Below, one piece after another: positions 1 through 11,635 of a stretch of 64,000 nucleotides of DNA. Under the pieces are notes generated by a model, which did no database searches, was not told the origin of the DNA, and saw only the letters and a list, made by a program, of their open reading frames with translations. The translations under genes were made by a program, and so were the position numbers. The DNA lies in assembly GCA_034521595.1 (NCBI GenBank), contig JAXHMG010000003.1, positions 2,912,001 through 2,976,000 of the forward strand, in the 5' to 3' direction. Each line of letters begins with the position of its first letter. The stretch's first letter is position 1. The stretch is from Gemmatimonadota bacterium (GTDB lineage Bacteria > Gemmatimonadota > Gemmatimonadetes > Longimicrobiales > Gaopeijiaceae).

Positions 1-324
1 CCACCGGCCGTCCGGCGCCCACCGGTACGTTCCGACGGGCAGATCCGCGGGAGTCAGCGCGCGCGGAGCCGCCAGGGAATCCAACGCGCCACGGACGAAG
101 AGCCGGGGCGACGGGCCCTCGAGCGCCCGGAAGGCGACCCGTCGCCCGTCCGGCGAGAGCCGCGCGTCGAGCACGGCTTCGGCTGTCTCGCCGGGAGCGG
201 CCGAGTCCGGTGCCTGGTCGGCGGCAGCCGCGGAGTCGGGCTCCGGATCCTGCGCGGACAGGGGAACCGCGCCGAGCCAAGCGCACAGGACCACCGGCCG
301 TGCCACGCCCCGGAGGGACGTCAC
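1..324 (-). CDS. Secreted beta-propeller protein (TolB/S9-peptidase N-terminal type); partial, runs off the window start
   Basis: Manual translation: VTSLRGVARPVVLCAWLGAVPLSAQ (signal peptide), then LSPDGRRVAF and YRWAPDGRW (PD40-like motifs). Start is GTG 324 or in-frame ATG 360. Confidence 0.6.
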   Translation of the reverse strand, partial: MTSLRGVARPVVLCAWLGAVPLSAQDPEPDSAAAADQAPDSAAPGETAEAVLDARLSPDGRRVAFRALEGPSPRLFVRGALDSLAAPRALTPADLPVGTYRWAPDGRW

Positions 325-346
325 GAGCCGATCCGAGGGCGACCGT

Positions 347-3300
347 CTAGAACAACGCATCGGATATCGCATTGTAGAGGGCCTGCGAGAGCTCCGACAT
401 CGACCCGCCGAACACGACCCGCTCGACCTCGCGATCCTCGAACACCGGTAGCCGACCGCCAACTCCACCTGGCTCCGGCCGAAGAACCCCTCGAGCGCGG
501 CCTCCGCTTCGGCACTGGTCACCTGCACGGGAAGCGACGGGCGATCGCAGGACGCGCACGCTTCGTAGCTGTCCATCCAGTCCTGCATGCTCGCGAGCGT
601 GGTCTCCAGGCGGTCCACCTCCGTGCGCGCGGCGTTGAACGCGGCCCGCGCTTCGTCCATCGTGGCCCGGGCGCTGTTGACCGCCGGGTTGTTCTCCAGG
701 TACTCGCGGTTCTGGTAGACCGCCCTCGCCGCGGTGTACGCCCTCCACCGCGCGTTGCGCTGTGCGAGGCGGGCGCCCCGGATGCCGCGCCAATAGTTCC
801 GCGCGCCGCAGTGTCCCGGGGACCACCAGCTACACCGGGCCGCGTGGTAGCGGTACCGGGAGTTGGCCGCGCTGAACGAGCGGTGGCTCGCGCGGTACAG
901 ACCGTACGTCCGGTCCATGGCCTCACGCGACGCCTCGGACGCGACCCGGATGGCATCGTCCAGGCTCGATTCGGCCTGGTCGAGGGACGCTTCGGCCGCT
1001 TCGAGGCTCGCCGAGGCCGTCTCGAGCGCCTGCCGGGTCGCCGGAACGAGCTGACGGCCCACTTCGTAGGTGAGCTGATCGTTGAACTCGGGGTAGAGCG
1101 CCGCCCGGACGGTGAAGCTCGGGTCCGTCAGCTGGAAGCCGGCCGGGCGTTCATCTCGGCCCGGAACTCGTCGAAGAGGTCGAAGTCGGTCGCGAACCGG
1201 AGGCTGTCGCGGTTCATCGCGAGCTCGAGATCCGTCTGGAGGGTGTTGTCGATCAGGGCGCCCCCTCGATGACCAGATGCTGCTCCTGGCGGGTGAGGGC
1301 CAGATCGAGGAGCGCCTCGTCGAACGCCACCGGTCCGAGAGTAAACGCACTGAGCTCCGCGAGCCCGAGGATCCCCTCCCGATCCACGCTCAGGTCCATC
1401 CGGCCGAACTCCGAGAGCTCACCCCGGAGCCGGCCTGGAGCAGGAACGCGCCGCGGAGCCCGATCCCCGCTTCGATGCCGAGATCGAAGTCCGTGTAGGT
1501 GGCCACCCGGATGCCCAGCTCGCGGAGGGCCATGTCCGGGACGCCGTCCGTCGCGATGGGCTCGGCACCTTCGCCCGCCACGCTCTGCTGGAACTCCATG
1601 AGATCGCTGAGCGTGAGCCCCTCGTCGGTCTCTCCGAGCACCAGGGCCCCGGTCGGCACCCCGGTGTAGATGTTGACGCGCGTCCCCAGCGCCATACGGA
1701 TGTCCTGCGCGCCGATGACCGCGTCACCCAGGAAGCCCAGGCGCACCGAGAGCGGGTTGAGCCCCATGGCCAGCCGAAGCTCGTTCAGCGTCAGCCAGTC
1801 GACACCCATCGGCCCCACCCACGGGTTCGCCGCGGTGAGGCCTCCCGCGATCGACAGCTCCACGCCCTGCGGCACCACGGCCACGTTCGACTCGATGTCG
1901 AAGGTCAGCGTGTCCCCGTCCACGTCGACGGTCAGGTCCCCGCCGAGGCCCACCGAGGGCCGGCCGGAGATCTGGAGCGCCACCTCACCTTCCACGAACC
2001 ACGCGGGACTTCCCGGAGGCGCCATGGGAGGCAGGGCGGCCTGAAGGGACAGATCCCGGATGCCCCCGGCGCCGAACCCGGGCAAGGGGAGCGAGCCCGT
2101 CAGCGTCAGGTCGCTCGCGCCGGGCGTCAGCATGTCGACCATGTCCTTCAGCGCGCCGGCGTCGGCGAGCGGCACGAACCCGGTGAGGTTGAGGCCGGGG
2201 CGGAGATCCACGTCGAAGTCGGCCCCCGTCGCCCCGGCTCCGGCGCCGCCGTCCCCGTCGTCGGATCCGTCCGGTCCGCCGCCGAACAAGGGACGGTAGA
2301 ACGCACGCTCCTCCGGGGTCAGGTCGTCGGACGAGACCGTGCCCTCCGCGCGCGTGAGCGTGAGCGCCGCCAGGTCGAGGCGCATCTCGTCGGTGACCGG
2401 GTTCTCGAGCTCCGGCACGAGGTCGGCGAAGCCCAGGTCGGGCACCTGCACGCCGAGGACGAGCTGCGGCTGCCCCTCGATGCGGGAGAAGGAGAAGAGC
2501 GCGTCGCTGCTCCTGCCGAAGACCTCGGTCGCGCCGCCGAGCGACACCCCGGTCCGCGCTCCGAAGTTGAGCGTGAGCCGCGGCTCGCTGATGCGCACGT
2601 CCAGCGGGCCCAGGGGCGGCACGTCGACGCCCGCGCCCGGCACGAACCCCTGCATCAGCTCGACCGCGTCGCCCACGCCGAACGAATCGTCGAATGCGGC
2701 CCGGAAGTAAGCCCTGCGGGCTCGACGCGCCGAGCGCGAGCCCGACCTCCGCCCGGGCCGTGAGGGATCCCATGGCGAAACCACCGGTCATTCCCGCTCG
2801 CGCGCTCGCGTCCTCGCCGGTCCGGAACCCGGCCTCGAGGACCGCGTCGCGCAGGCCGCCCGGATCGAATTCGAGCTCCGGCACCTGGGGCGAGCCGGGC
2901 ACCAGCCCGGCCGCCAGGTCCAGCGCCTCCGGAAGGGTCACGTCGCCCACGTCCACGCGGAACGAGCCCTCCGCCCAGCTCCAGGGCGTTCCGGACGCGC
3001 CGCCCACGGAGAGCGCCGTGAGCGCTGGCCTTCCATCGCGCTCGGCCAGCCGTGCGAGCGCGTCCACCCCGGCCCAGACGCTGTCGGCCCGGGTGTCGAA
3101 GCCGAGCTCCAGGCTCACGTCCCGCAGGTCGCCGATGGGGAAGTCGACGTCGGGCGCCGGCCAGTCGCCGGGCAGAAAGCCGGTGGCGCGCCCGAACGCC
3201 TCGTCGAGCGAAACGTCGCCGAGGCCGAGGGACACGAGGCCGCTCCCACTGCTCGCGTCGTCGACCCGCACGAACCCGAGACGGGCCTGGCCCGTGACGT

Positions 3301-6300
3301 CGTCCAGCCGTCCCTCGCCTTCGAACCCCGCCCAGAGGCTGTCGACCCCGGTATCGAACCCGGCTTCCAGCGACGCGTCGTCGAGCGTCAGCGCGTCGAA
3401 CGAGTCGAACCCGTCGGGAAGCGCCCAATCTCCGGGAAGGAGCTCACCGATCCGGTCTATGGCCTGTCCGGCGCCGACGCTTCCGGCATCGAGCGTCAGA
3501 AGCCCGGTCACGCGGTCCTCCTCGGCGAAGCGCAGGAAGTCGAGGCGCGCGTCGGCATCGAGGCCGTCGTAGCCACCCGCGCCCGAGGCCGCCGCGTAGA
3601 CGCTGTCGCTTCGGTGTCGAAGCCGAGAAGGAAATCCGCCCGGTCCAGCGCCACCGTCTCGAAGGCGTCCAGCCCGTCGGGCAACGCCCAGCTCCCCGGC
3701 AGCATCTCCGCGATCTGATCCAGCGCTTCGGCCATGGTGACCGACTCGCGGCCGATCTCCACGGTGCCGGCCGCTCCGGTCGTCTCTCCCAACCGGAGGA
3801 AGGTGATGTCGGACGTGGCCGTGGTCCCGGATGCACCCGATTCGAGGCTTCCCGACCCGCGGGCGCGCGCGCTCAGGCTGTCGGTCCGGGTGTCGAACCC
3901 GACGGCGAGCTCCCCCTCGTCGAGCTGGAGCGCGTCGAAGGCGGCGAGGTCGTCCGGCAGCCCCCACTCACCCGGAAGGAGGGACGCCACCTCGTCGAGC
4001 ACGCCGGTGAGCGCCAGATCCTGGACACCCAACGTCACGCCGCCCCGGGCGAACCGCTCGCCGTTCGAGTCCACGAGCGACAGGTCGACCGATCCATCCA
4101 TCCGCTCGGGCCCTTCGCCCAGATGGCCGGTGCCGGTGATATCGGTCAGGAACGTCGGCGTCCGCGAATCGAACGCCACCGCCAGAGCCGCTTCGTCGAG
4201 CATCAAGGGGGCCAACCCCGACGCGGCGTCCGGGAGCTGCCAGTCGGCGGCGAGCAGCTCCTCGGCCCGGTCGAGGGCGTCGGGCAGGGACAGGGCGCCG
4301 ACGTCGATCTCGAGCCCGCCGGTCGACCACTCGTCCACCGCCGTCCGCACGAGGGCGCAGCTCCGCCGTGGCTTCGAGGTCATCGCCCTCGCCCATCGTG
4401 CCCGCGCCGCGCACGTCGGCGGAGAGGCTGTCGGTGCCGGAATCGAAGCCGACCGCGAGCGACGCCGAGTCCAGCCGCACGGCCTGTCATGGCGTCGAGC
4501 GCACCGGGCAGGATCCGCTCGCCGGGCAGCACCGAGCGCCGCCTCCGCCAGCGCGTCGCTCACCGGCACGTCCCGAAGCGCGAGCGCCATGCTCCCGTTC
4601 GCAGACGGCTCGTCCTCCTCGACCGACAGGCCCAGCTCCAGGTCGGCGGCGCGCTCACCCGTCTCGCCGTCGAACTGCCCCGCGCCGGCGAGCTCCGCGC
4701 TCACGAGCTCCGTCCGCGTATCCAGCTCCACCCGGGCGCGGGCGCTGTCCAGGGCGACCGCGCCCACCGACTCGAGCCCCGTCCGGCAGATGCCCATTCG
4801 ACCGGGACCACCGTGGAGAGCGTCGCGAGCGCGGCGTCGGCCTCCATCTCGCGGCCCGCCAGGTCCAGCTCCATCCCCATCCACGCGTCGCCCGACGGCC
4901 TCGGCGCGCCGAGGCGGACCGCGGCCGAGCCCTCCAGGGAAGCGAGCTCGCCGTCGCCGCCCATGACGACGTTCCCGCCGTAGCCGCCCACACGCTGTCG
5001 GCCACGACGTGGAGCTCGAACCAGGGCGTCGCCCATGGAGCCGAGCTCGAACGGCATCTCCGGAGGCGCGGTGTAGCCGGGAAGCAGCTCCGAGAGGGCC
5101 AGGAGCGCCTCGCCGGCGTCCATGTCCGCCCCGAACGCACCCGCGACGTGAAACGCTTCGTTCGCGCCCGTGGAGAAATCGATCTGCAGGCTGTCCAGCG
5201 CAACCGAGCCTCGCGGGCGTCGGCAGGTTGGCGTCGAACGCGCGGTTGAGGAAGTCCACGGCACATCGTCGTCGAGAGGTCGGCCGCGCGGGCCGTGAAG
5301 TCCACGCTGCGGTCCCCTTCGGCCCCGCGCACGTCCATGTCCAACGCGGCCGTCACGCTGCCCACCTCCAGGGTCGAGCCCAGGGCGACCCGCGCACCCA
5401 CCGAGCCCACGCCCAACGCCATGTGCACGGAGTCGAGCGCGAGCCAGTTCATGCCGAACGGCTGGTCCCAGCCGCAGTTCATCAGGCCTTCGAACGCCGC
5501 GCCACCCCTTCGGCGTTCGTCAGATCCGTGGCCAGCTGAAAGCGCTTCGTCCCGTCCAGATCCGCTTCCACGACCGCCTCGGCCGTCACGCGGAGCTCGG
5601 GGTCCTGGACGATCCGGATCGAGCGATTCCCGGCGTGATCCAGTCGGGAAGGCCCATCGCGCCGTCAGGGAGCGGAGGCAGGCTCGCCCCGAGGCTCAGG
5701 AGCCCGCTGAGATCCGGCGCGCCGTCCAGAAGGCTCCCGAGGGAGATGCCGGGCGCGCCCCGGAGCACCACCCGGTCCTCGGGGCTCGTTGAATGCTCCG
5801 GCATCCGGACGCTCGCCGCCCGCTACCGCCGTCGCCGCTTCCAGCCCCTCCGCGCGGTGCCGAAATCGAGCAGGCGCGCATCCCGGACGAGAGCTGCGCG
5901 AGGGAGAACGGCGCGGAGAGGTTGAGCCCGGGTGCAGGTCGAGAGACGAGCCGCCCGTCGGCACGCCGCACCCTCTTCGGCGCGACGGGTCAGCTCCGCG
6001 AGAAGAACTGCCGGGCGGGCCCGCTCAGCTCCGGCCAGGCGATCGACCACGCGGCCTCGGGCGCGGCCGTCCGCCACCCCGGTCCGTCACCTCCCTCTCT
6101 GCCGGCGGCGCCGGCTCCCCTCCGGTACCCCAGGTCAGCGGACAGCTCGGGGAACGCGAAGTTCCCACCGGGCTCCCCTGAAGCTCGGGAATCAGCTCGC
6201 CCAGGGGCGAGTCCGCGAGCCGGGATGCCACGAGGCCTTCGGCCGAGCCCTCCGCCGTGAGCGACGGGGGCACGAGCGTGTAGAGGAAATCGGTGCCCGC

Positions 6301-8437
6301 TCCCGGGAAGGGGTCACGGTGCCGAGCACCGTGAGCGTGGGCGGATCACCCGAACCGACTTCGACGGTCACGTCGCGGAGCGCGGAGGCGTCGTCGGGAA
6401 GCTGGTCCCCCAGCGGCAACGCCCCGACCGTCGACTCCGCGAAGGCCAGCAGATCGGCCAGCGCAAGCTCGTCCACCGACGCGGTGAACGTCGCTTCCAC
6501 CTGCTCCCCGCTCCCTTCGAGCATGCCGATCAGTTCCACCGTCCGCGCCACCCATGGCCAGGTCGCCCTCCAGCACGGCGCGGGCCGCTCCGTCCTCGTC
6601 GGCCGGCGGCGTGACGGTGAGGCGCACCTGCGTCGAGCGTGAGCCACTCCAGCCCGAAGGGCGCCTCCCACGCCGAGGTCATGCGTCCGGTCAGCACCGG
6701 AGGCGTGTCGTCGTCCGCGGTCAGGTCGAGCGCGAAGAGGAACGGGAACACTTCCTCGCCCAGCTCCGCTTCCGCCTCCAGCTCGGCGCGGGCCGCCAGC
6801 TCGGCGTCGTTCGTCACGCGAAGCGCGTAGCGCTCCACCTCGAGCCACTCCGGCGTGTCCGCCAGCCGGGCGCCCCGCAGCGTCGCCGTCAGGTCGAGGG
6901 AGGGCGCCTCCCGTTCCTCCGGCGGACCGAACAGGACGCCCGGCTCGACGCCGAGGTTCCCGGCGAGCTCCGCCTCGCCCACCTCGAGCCCGGCTTCCGC
7001 CAACCGGTCGTGGACCGTCGTGCCCGTGAGGTCGAAGACGTGGGACACGCTCACGCCCACGTCCAGCTCGACCACCGGCAGCCCGTAGAAGCCCTCCACC
7101 GACTGGGGGAGGGAGGCGCCGTCCAGCGTGCGTGCCTCGTCCGCGATGGTCAGGATCCCGCCCGACCAGTCCAGCTCATCCAGGGCGGTGCCCTCCACGC
7201 CGTCCACCCACTCCCCGAGCTCGAAGATCAGCGGCTCGAGCCCGAGCGCGAACGTGCCGGCTCCGTCCCCGTCCCACTGACCGAGGAGGAGCACGTCGAC
7301 GCTCCCCATCGGCAAGCTCGCGGTGGCGGTGATCGCGATGGCCTGGCCGACTTCGTCCACGTCGACCGACACGTTGGAGAGCGCCAAGGCTTCGAACGCA
7401 CCCACGCCGGCGATGGGCAGCGGGATCGGGATCTCCCGGTCCGGGAGCTCGTCGAGCGCGTCGCGGATCTCGTCGAACGAGGCCGTGCCCAGGTCGGCGA
7501 GCGGTCCGTCGACGGCGGACCCCGCCGGCACGATGCGTCCGTGCAGGCTCGAGCCGATCTGCTCTCCTCCGTCGTCGCCCCCTTCCTCGCGGTACGTGAA
7601 CGTCCAGATCCGCTCCGCCCCTGGTTCGTGGAGAGCGGCAGGCCGTTCGGGTCGAGCGCTTGCACCCACCACGCGTAGCGGGTTCCCGTGCTCGAGCGGG
7701 AGCGCGCCCAGCGGATAGGAGAGCGAGGGGCTGAACGGGCTCACGCCCTCGAAGTGGAGAATGCCCCGAGGTGAGCGCCGCGCTGCGGCTCCTGGCCGGG
7801 CAGGATCTCCGCCACCTGGACCACGTACCGGCTCTCCATCGCCACGGGCACCTGGACGGGCGTCCACTCGAAGATGGGGTCTTCGACTCTCACCGTGTCC
7901 GTCGATGGGAAGAGGAGGTACGGCGGATCGGGGAAGACCGTGGAAAAGAACTCGCAGACGTTGTCCACGAGCACGAAGCCGGTCCCGTCCGTGACCGTCA
8001 CGCAGATCGTGTAGTCGCCCTCGGGGAAGCGGCCGGTCCGGGCGATCACGTCCTCGATCGACGCGTCGTAGCTGCTCGTCCCGGTCAGAGAGGATCCCGT
8101 ATTGAACGTCGTCGGCGTCCCCGCGGGAATGAGCCGGGGATCGCTCCGACTCCGCACGACCTCGCGGCCGCTCCCGTCGGCGATGCTCGAGGAGGACCGT
8201 GACCTCCGCGTCCTCACCCGTCCCGTTCGTCACGGTGAGGGACGCCAGGGTCGGGTTCATCTCCCAGTCGTCGAGATAAGGGAGAGGGAAGGGATTGATG
8301 AAGAGAGGTCGCGTGCCAACCCGCCGTCTGCGCGTACGCCGGCGAGGGTGCCAGGAGGCACCCGATTCGCCAGAACGAGCAGCGGTCGCTTCAAGGGTCG
8401 TCCTTCGCCTCGCGGGGCGACTGCCACTGACGCTCAC
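347..8437 (-). pseudogene. Giant (~2700 aa) secreted acidic repeat protein broken by many frameshifts (pseudogene or sequencing/assembly indels)
   Basis: Consecutive minus-strand ORF fragments (6530-8437, 7741-8217, 6192-6848, 4655-5482, 3508-5259, 1985-3967, 1390-2784, 347-826) each carry a protein-like segment that continues in another frame. Signal-peptide-like LLAPSPAYAQ near 8330-8360; internal repeats; C-terminal coiled coil. Start approximate. Confidence 0.75.
2750..4900 (-). repeat. About 8 tandem ~90-aa protein repeats within the giant gene
   Basis: Recurring motif ALD...LLPGxWxLPDxLxxFxxLxLDxAxLxxGFDTxTDSL. GFDT/S-type codons near 3093, 3352, 3615, 3890, 4168, 4440 and 4717 (260-280 nt spacing). 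Confidence 0.8.
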
Positions 8438-8542
8438 GACCCGCGGTCGCGAGCGTCCCCTCTACCCTCTGATGCGCAAAACCGGGTCGAACCGGTGCAC
8501 GCCAGCGGGTTCCAGCCGGGAGCTGCACGCCGCATCTTCAGC

Positions 8543-9147
8543 CTAGAACACGCCGCCTAACGACAGTGCCAAGGCAAGCAGATACTCCCTTTCTTCGATG
8601 GTCTCTCGATTTCCATGAGCAACGGAAAGTACCGCTCTTTCTCGTACGCCGAGACGCGCCGGGCCTTCAACTCCCACCCGACCTCGAGATGGTTCAACAC
8701 GGCCCAGGTCTGGCGGACACCGAGACCAATGAAGGGAGCCCTTCCGGACTTCGGCCGAGGTATACCGATGCCCGCCACCTGTTGCCGTAAGATAGGTTCT
8801 CGGGCTCTCGAGCACGGTCGCACGCACTCCCGCTCCAACGCTCCAACCGCCCGCGCGATTGGCGCGCAGACCGGCTGGTGGCTCTGACGCAACCGGACCA
8901 GGGAACAGGTTGGCTGTAGGCTTCCAAACCTCTCCGAGCCGCGACGAGCGCGAATCTGCTTGCCACTTCCACCGACCCCTCCAAGCCGATCGCGATGAAA
9001 GGTTCGCTACCGCCCGCCGTCGCCGTGAGGCCAACCCCACGAGATGCGGACTCCCCCTGAGCGTAGGTTACGGACTGGACACGCAAACCAAAGGGCGATC
9101 ACGAGAAGTCCCCGCAAGACGCGGGGCGCAAACGAATCGCAATCCAA
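8543..9147 (-). pseudogene. Small outer-membrane beta-barrel-like protein, frameshifted
   Basis: Segments across frames: signal-like VLRGLLVIALWFACP, then VTYAQ..GVGLTATAGG..IGLEGSVEV, GWSVGAGVRATV, FIGLGVRQTW..EVGWELKAR, ending YLLALALSLGGVF (C-terminal Phe). Confidence 0.45.
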
Positions 9148-9167
9148 GCGATCCCTCGAGCGGCCCC

Positions 9168-10652
9168 TCACCCCACCAGAAACATCGGAATCAGCACGCT
9201 CCCCAGGAGCGAGATCACGACGATGCCGATGAAGTTCAGCAGCAGCCCCGCCTTGGCCATCTGCGGGATCGTGATGTAGCCCGAGGCGAAGACGATCGCG
9301 TTCGGAGGCGTGGCCACCGGCAGCATGAACGCCATGGCGGCGGCGAGCGCCGCGGCGGCCATGAGAAACAGCGGCTCGATCCCGATTCCCACCGCCGCGC
9401 CCGCCATGATCGGCATGGCCATGGTCGACGTGGCCGTGTTCGAGGTCATCTCGGTCAGGAAGATCACGACCAGCGCCGTGAAAGCGATGAGGATGACGAT
9501 GGGAACCGCTTCGAGCGCGCCCACCGCGCCGCCGATCCAGGCGGCCAGCCCCGACTCGTCCATGGCGCGGGCGAGCGAGAGCCCGCCCCCGAACAGCACG
9601 AGGAGGCCCCACGGAATCTTGCGCGCCGTCGGCCAGTCCAGCGCGAACTCCCCGCGGCTCCAGCTCACCGGGAGCACGAAGAGCAGCAGCGCGGCCCCCA
9701 TGGCGATGGTCGAATCGGTGAGCAAGGGGGTGAGCGTCTCGAGGCCCGGCACGGTCACGGCGCCGAACGTCTTCTCGCTCCGCAACACCCAGGCGGCCGC
9801 GGTGAGCGCGAACACCGTCGCCGTCACGCGCTCGCCGGTGCTCATGCGGCCGAGCCCCCGGCGCTCGTCCTCGATGAGGCTGTCCGCATCGCCCGACAGC
9901 TCACCCGGCCGGTAGAGGAAATGGGCGAGCACGACCCAGGTGATCGGGAGCATGACCAAGACTATGGGGAGCCCCACGCCCATCCACTGTACGAACCCGA
10001 TCTGGATATCGAGCATCTCGCTCGCCGCGCCCGCGAACACCGCGTTGGGCGGCGTGCCGATGAGCGTGGCGCTGCCGCCGATCGAGGCCGCGTACGCGAT
10101 GCCCAACATCAACGCAATGCCGAACTCGTACGGGCCCTCCTGGTCCTGCGGCCTGAACATCTCCCCGACCGCGAGTCCGATGGGGAGCATCATGGCCGTT
10201 GTCGCCGTGTTGCTTATCCACATCGACAGGAACGCGGTCGCGATCATGAAGCCGAGCACGAGCTGCTTCGGACCGGTGCCCACGAAAGAGAGGATCGACA
10301 GGGCGATGCGCCGGTGCAGACCCCACCGCTCCATGGTCACGGCGATGAAAAAGCCGCCCATGAAGAGGAAGATGAGCTCGTTCGCGTAGGGCGCCGCCGC
10401 GCTCGCGCCATCCAGCACGCCGAGGATGGGGAAGAGCACCAGCGGCACCATGGCGGTCGCCGGAATCGGAATCGCCTCGGTCATCCACCACGCGGCCATC
10501 AGCACCGCGACCGCCGCCGTGCGCCAGGCCTCCACGGAAAGGGCCTCCGGGGCCGGCACGAGCAGCAGCAGAACGAAGGCCGCGACCCCGCCCACCAACC
10601 CGATCCGCTGGGCGATGCCGTACGTCTTCTCCGTTTGGTCCTGATCGTCCAC
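9168..10652 (-). CDS. SLC13/DASS family sodium:dicarboxylate/sulfate symporter
   Basis: Motifs WWMTEAIP, LSMWISNTATT, TLIGTPPN, TEMTSNTAT, MLPVATPPNAIVF. Start probably GTG 10652. Confidence 0.95.
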   Translation of the reverse strand: MDDQDQTEKTYGIAQRIGLVGGVAAFVLLLLVPAPEALSVEAWRTAAVAVLMAAWWMTEAIPIPATAMVPLVLFPILGVLDGASAAAPYANELIFLFMGGFFIAVTMERWGLHRRIALSILSFVGTGPKQLVLGFMIATAFLSMWISNTATTAMMLPIGLAVGEMFRPQDQEGPYEFGIALMLGIAYAASIGGSATLIGTPPNAVFAGAASEMLDIQIGFVQWMGVGLPIVLVMLPITWVVLAHFLYRPGELSGDADSLIEDERRGLGRMSTGERVTATVFALTAAAWVLRSEKTFGAVTVPGLETLTPLLTDSTIAMGAALLLFVLPVSWSRGEFALDWPTARKIPWGLLVLFGGGLSLARAMDESGLAAWIGGAVGALEAVPIVILIAFTALVVIFLTEMTSNTATSTMAMPIMAGAAVGIGIEPLFLMAAAALAAAMAFMLPVATPPNAIVFASGYITIPQMAKAGLLLNFIGIVVISLLGSVLIPMFLVG

Positions 10653-10801
10653 GAAATCTGCTCCGTTCGGGAGTCGCGTGATTCGGCGCCGGGCAGTGTG
10701 CATGAAGAACGGAGCGACTGCAAGCGTGGTGATCCGGTCTCACTCTCCCCTAGCGCGGCGCCCAGGCGTCACCCGCCCACCAGACCAGACCAGCTGAGCG
10801 G

Positions 10802-11200
10802 TCAGCCGGTGTCCACGAGCTCGCTCATCGGGATGCCCATGGCACGCGCCGTCTTTGCCTGTCGGGAATCGTAGGTGGCCAGCGCTACGTCCCGCCCCTG
10901 CTCGAGCAGGAAGACAATCGAAGCCAAATGCAGGGCATCGAGCGTGCGGACCGCGGTCGGGAACGGATCGAGGGCCCGCTCCAGCACCTCTTCGCTCAGC
11001 TTCAGCCGTGCGACGCGAGCGAGGAGGAGCCGGGCGAAGTCCCCGTGCGTCGCCGCGAGACCGCGGGCATGGATCCGGGTCCAGAGCTCGTAGTCGAGTA
11101 GCCGACTCGACACCAAATCCTCGGCCCAGAGGTCTCGGGGAGGACGGCGGTCTTCGGCGAACAGGTGGGCCAAGGCGACGGACGTGTCCAAATAGATCAC
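10802..11200 (-). CDS. vapC: VapC-type PIN-domain toxin
   Basis: MIYLDTSVAL...RTLDALHLAS...LATYD; GTGA overlap with the upstream antitoxin stop. Confidence 0.9.
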   Translation of the reverse strand: MIYLDTSVALAHLFAEDRRPPRDLWAEDLVSSRLLDYELWTRIHARGLAATHGDFARLLLARVARLKLSEEVLERALDPFPTAVRTLDALHLASIVFLLEQGRDVALATYDSRQAKTARAMGIPMSELVDTG

Positions 11201-11484
11201 CGGTCTCGCCGATCCTGATCCAGCTCGGACATCAGATCGGCCAGAGGCCCCACCGGATGGGACGGCGGCGGCGCCCCGGGAGGGATCGTCGGAGGCGTCA
11301 CGACGCCGTCCTCCACCAGAGTCCGGAGGCTGCCCTCGTACCGGGGCCGGTGCTCCACCGCTGCGATCCCCCTGCGGAGCGCCTCGGACCGGGACACGCC
11401 CATGGCCAACGCGACTCGATCCAACTCCGCACGCTCCTCGGGCGTGAGGTACACCTGGATGGGCTCTCGAACGACCTTGACCAT
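11197..11484 (-). CDS. RHH/CopG-family antitoxin
   Basis: IQVYLTPEERAELDRVALAMGVSRSEALRR ribbon-helix-helix; immediately upstream of the PIN gene. Confidence 0.85.
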   Translation of the reverse strand: MVKVVREPIQVYLTPEERAELDRVALAMGVSRSEALRRGIAAVEHRPRYEGSLRTLVEDGVVTPPTIPPGAPPPSHPVGPLADLMSELDQDRRDR

Positions 11485-11502
11485 GATCCAAATTTATCGC
11501 AC

Positions 11503-11512
11503 TTGTATACAA
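11503..11512. promoter_or_regulatory. Palindromic operator of the toxin-antitoxin operon
   Basis: Perfect palindrome TTGTATACAA in an AT-rich patch 19 nt upstream of the antitoxin ATG. Confidence 0.6.
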
Positions 11513-11635
11513 ATTTCCATGCATCCAGCCACGCTTCACTTAACGATTCACACGCACACGACTTCAATACGGGGAAGCTGGTTATCCGCCCTAGGACGGA
11601 TCCACGAGAGAGCATCATCGAGCCACGGAGGGATT

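Noticed and set aside
2750-4900. CRISPR or DNA-level tandem array
   Set aside because: The periodicity is only protein-level and degenerate; no identical repeats with spacers and no cas genes.
8859-10874. Long antisense or alternative-frame ORFs (also 14761-16839, 37814-39115, 59359-60543 and others)
   Set aside because: Shadow ORFs of high-GC genes; the opposite strand carries the recognisable motifs.
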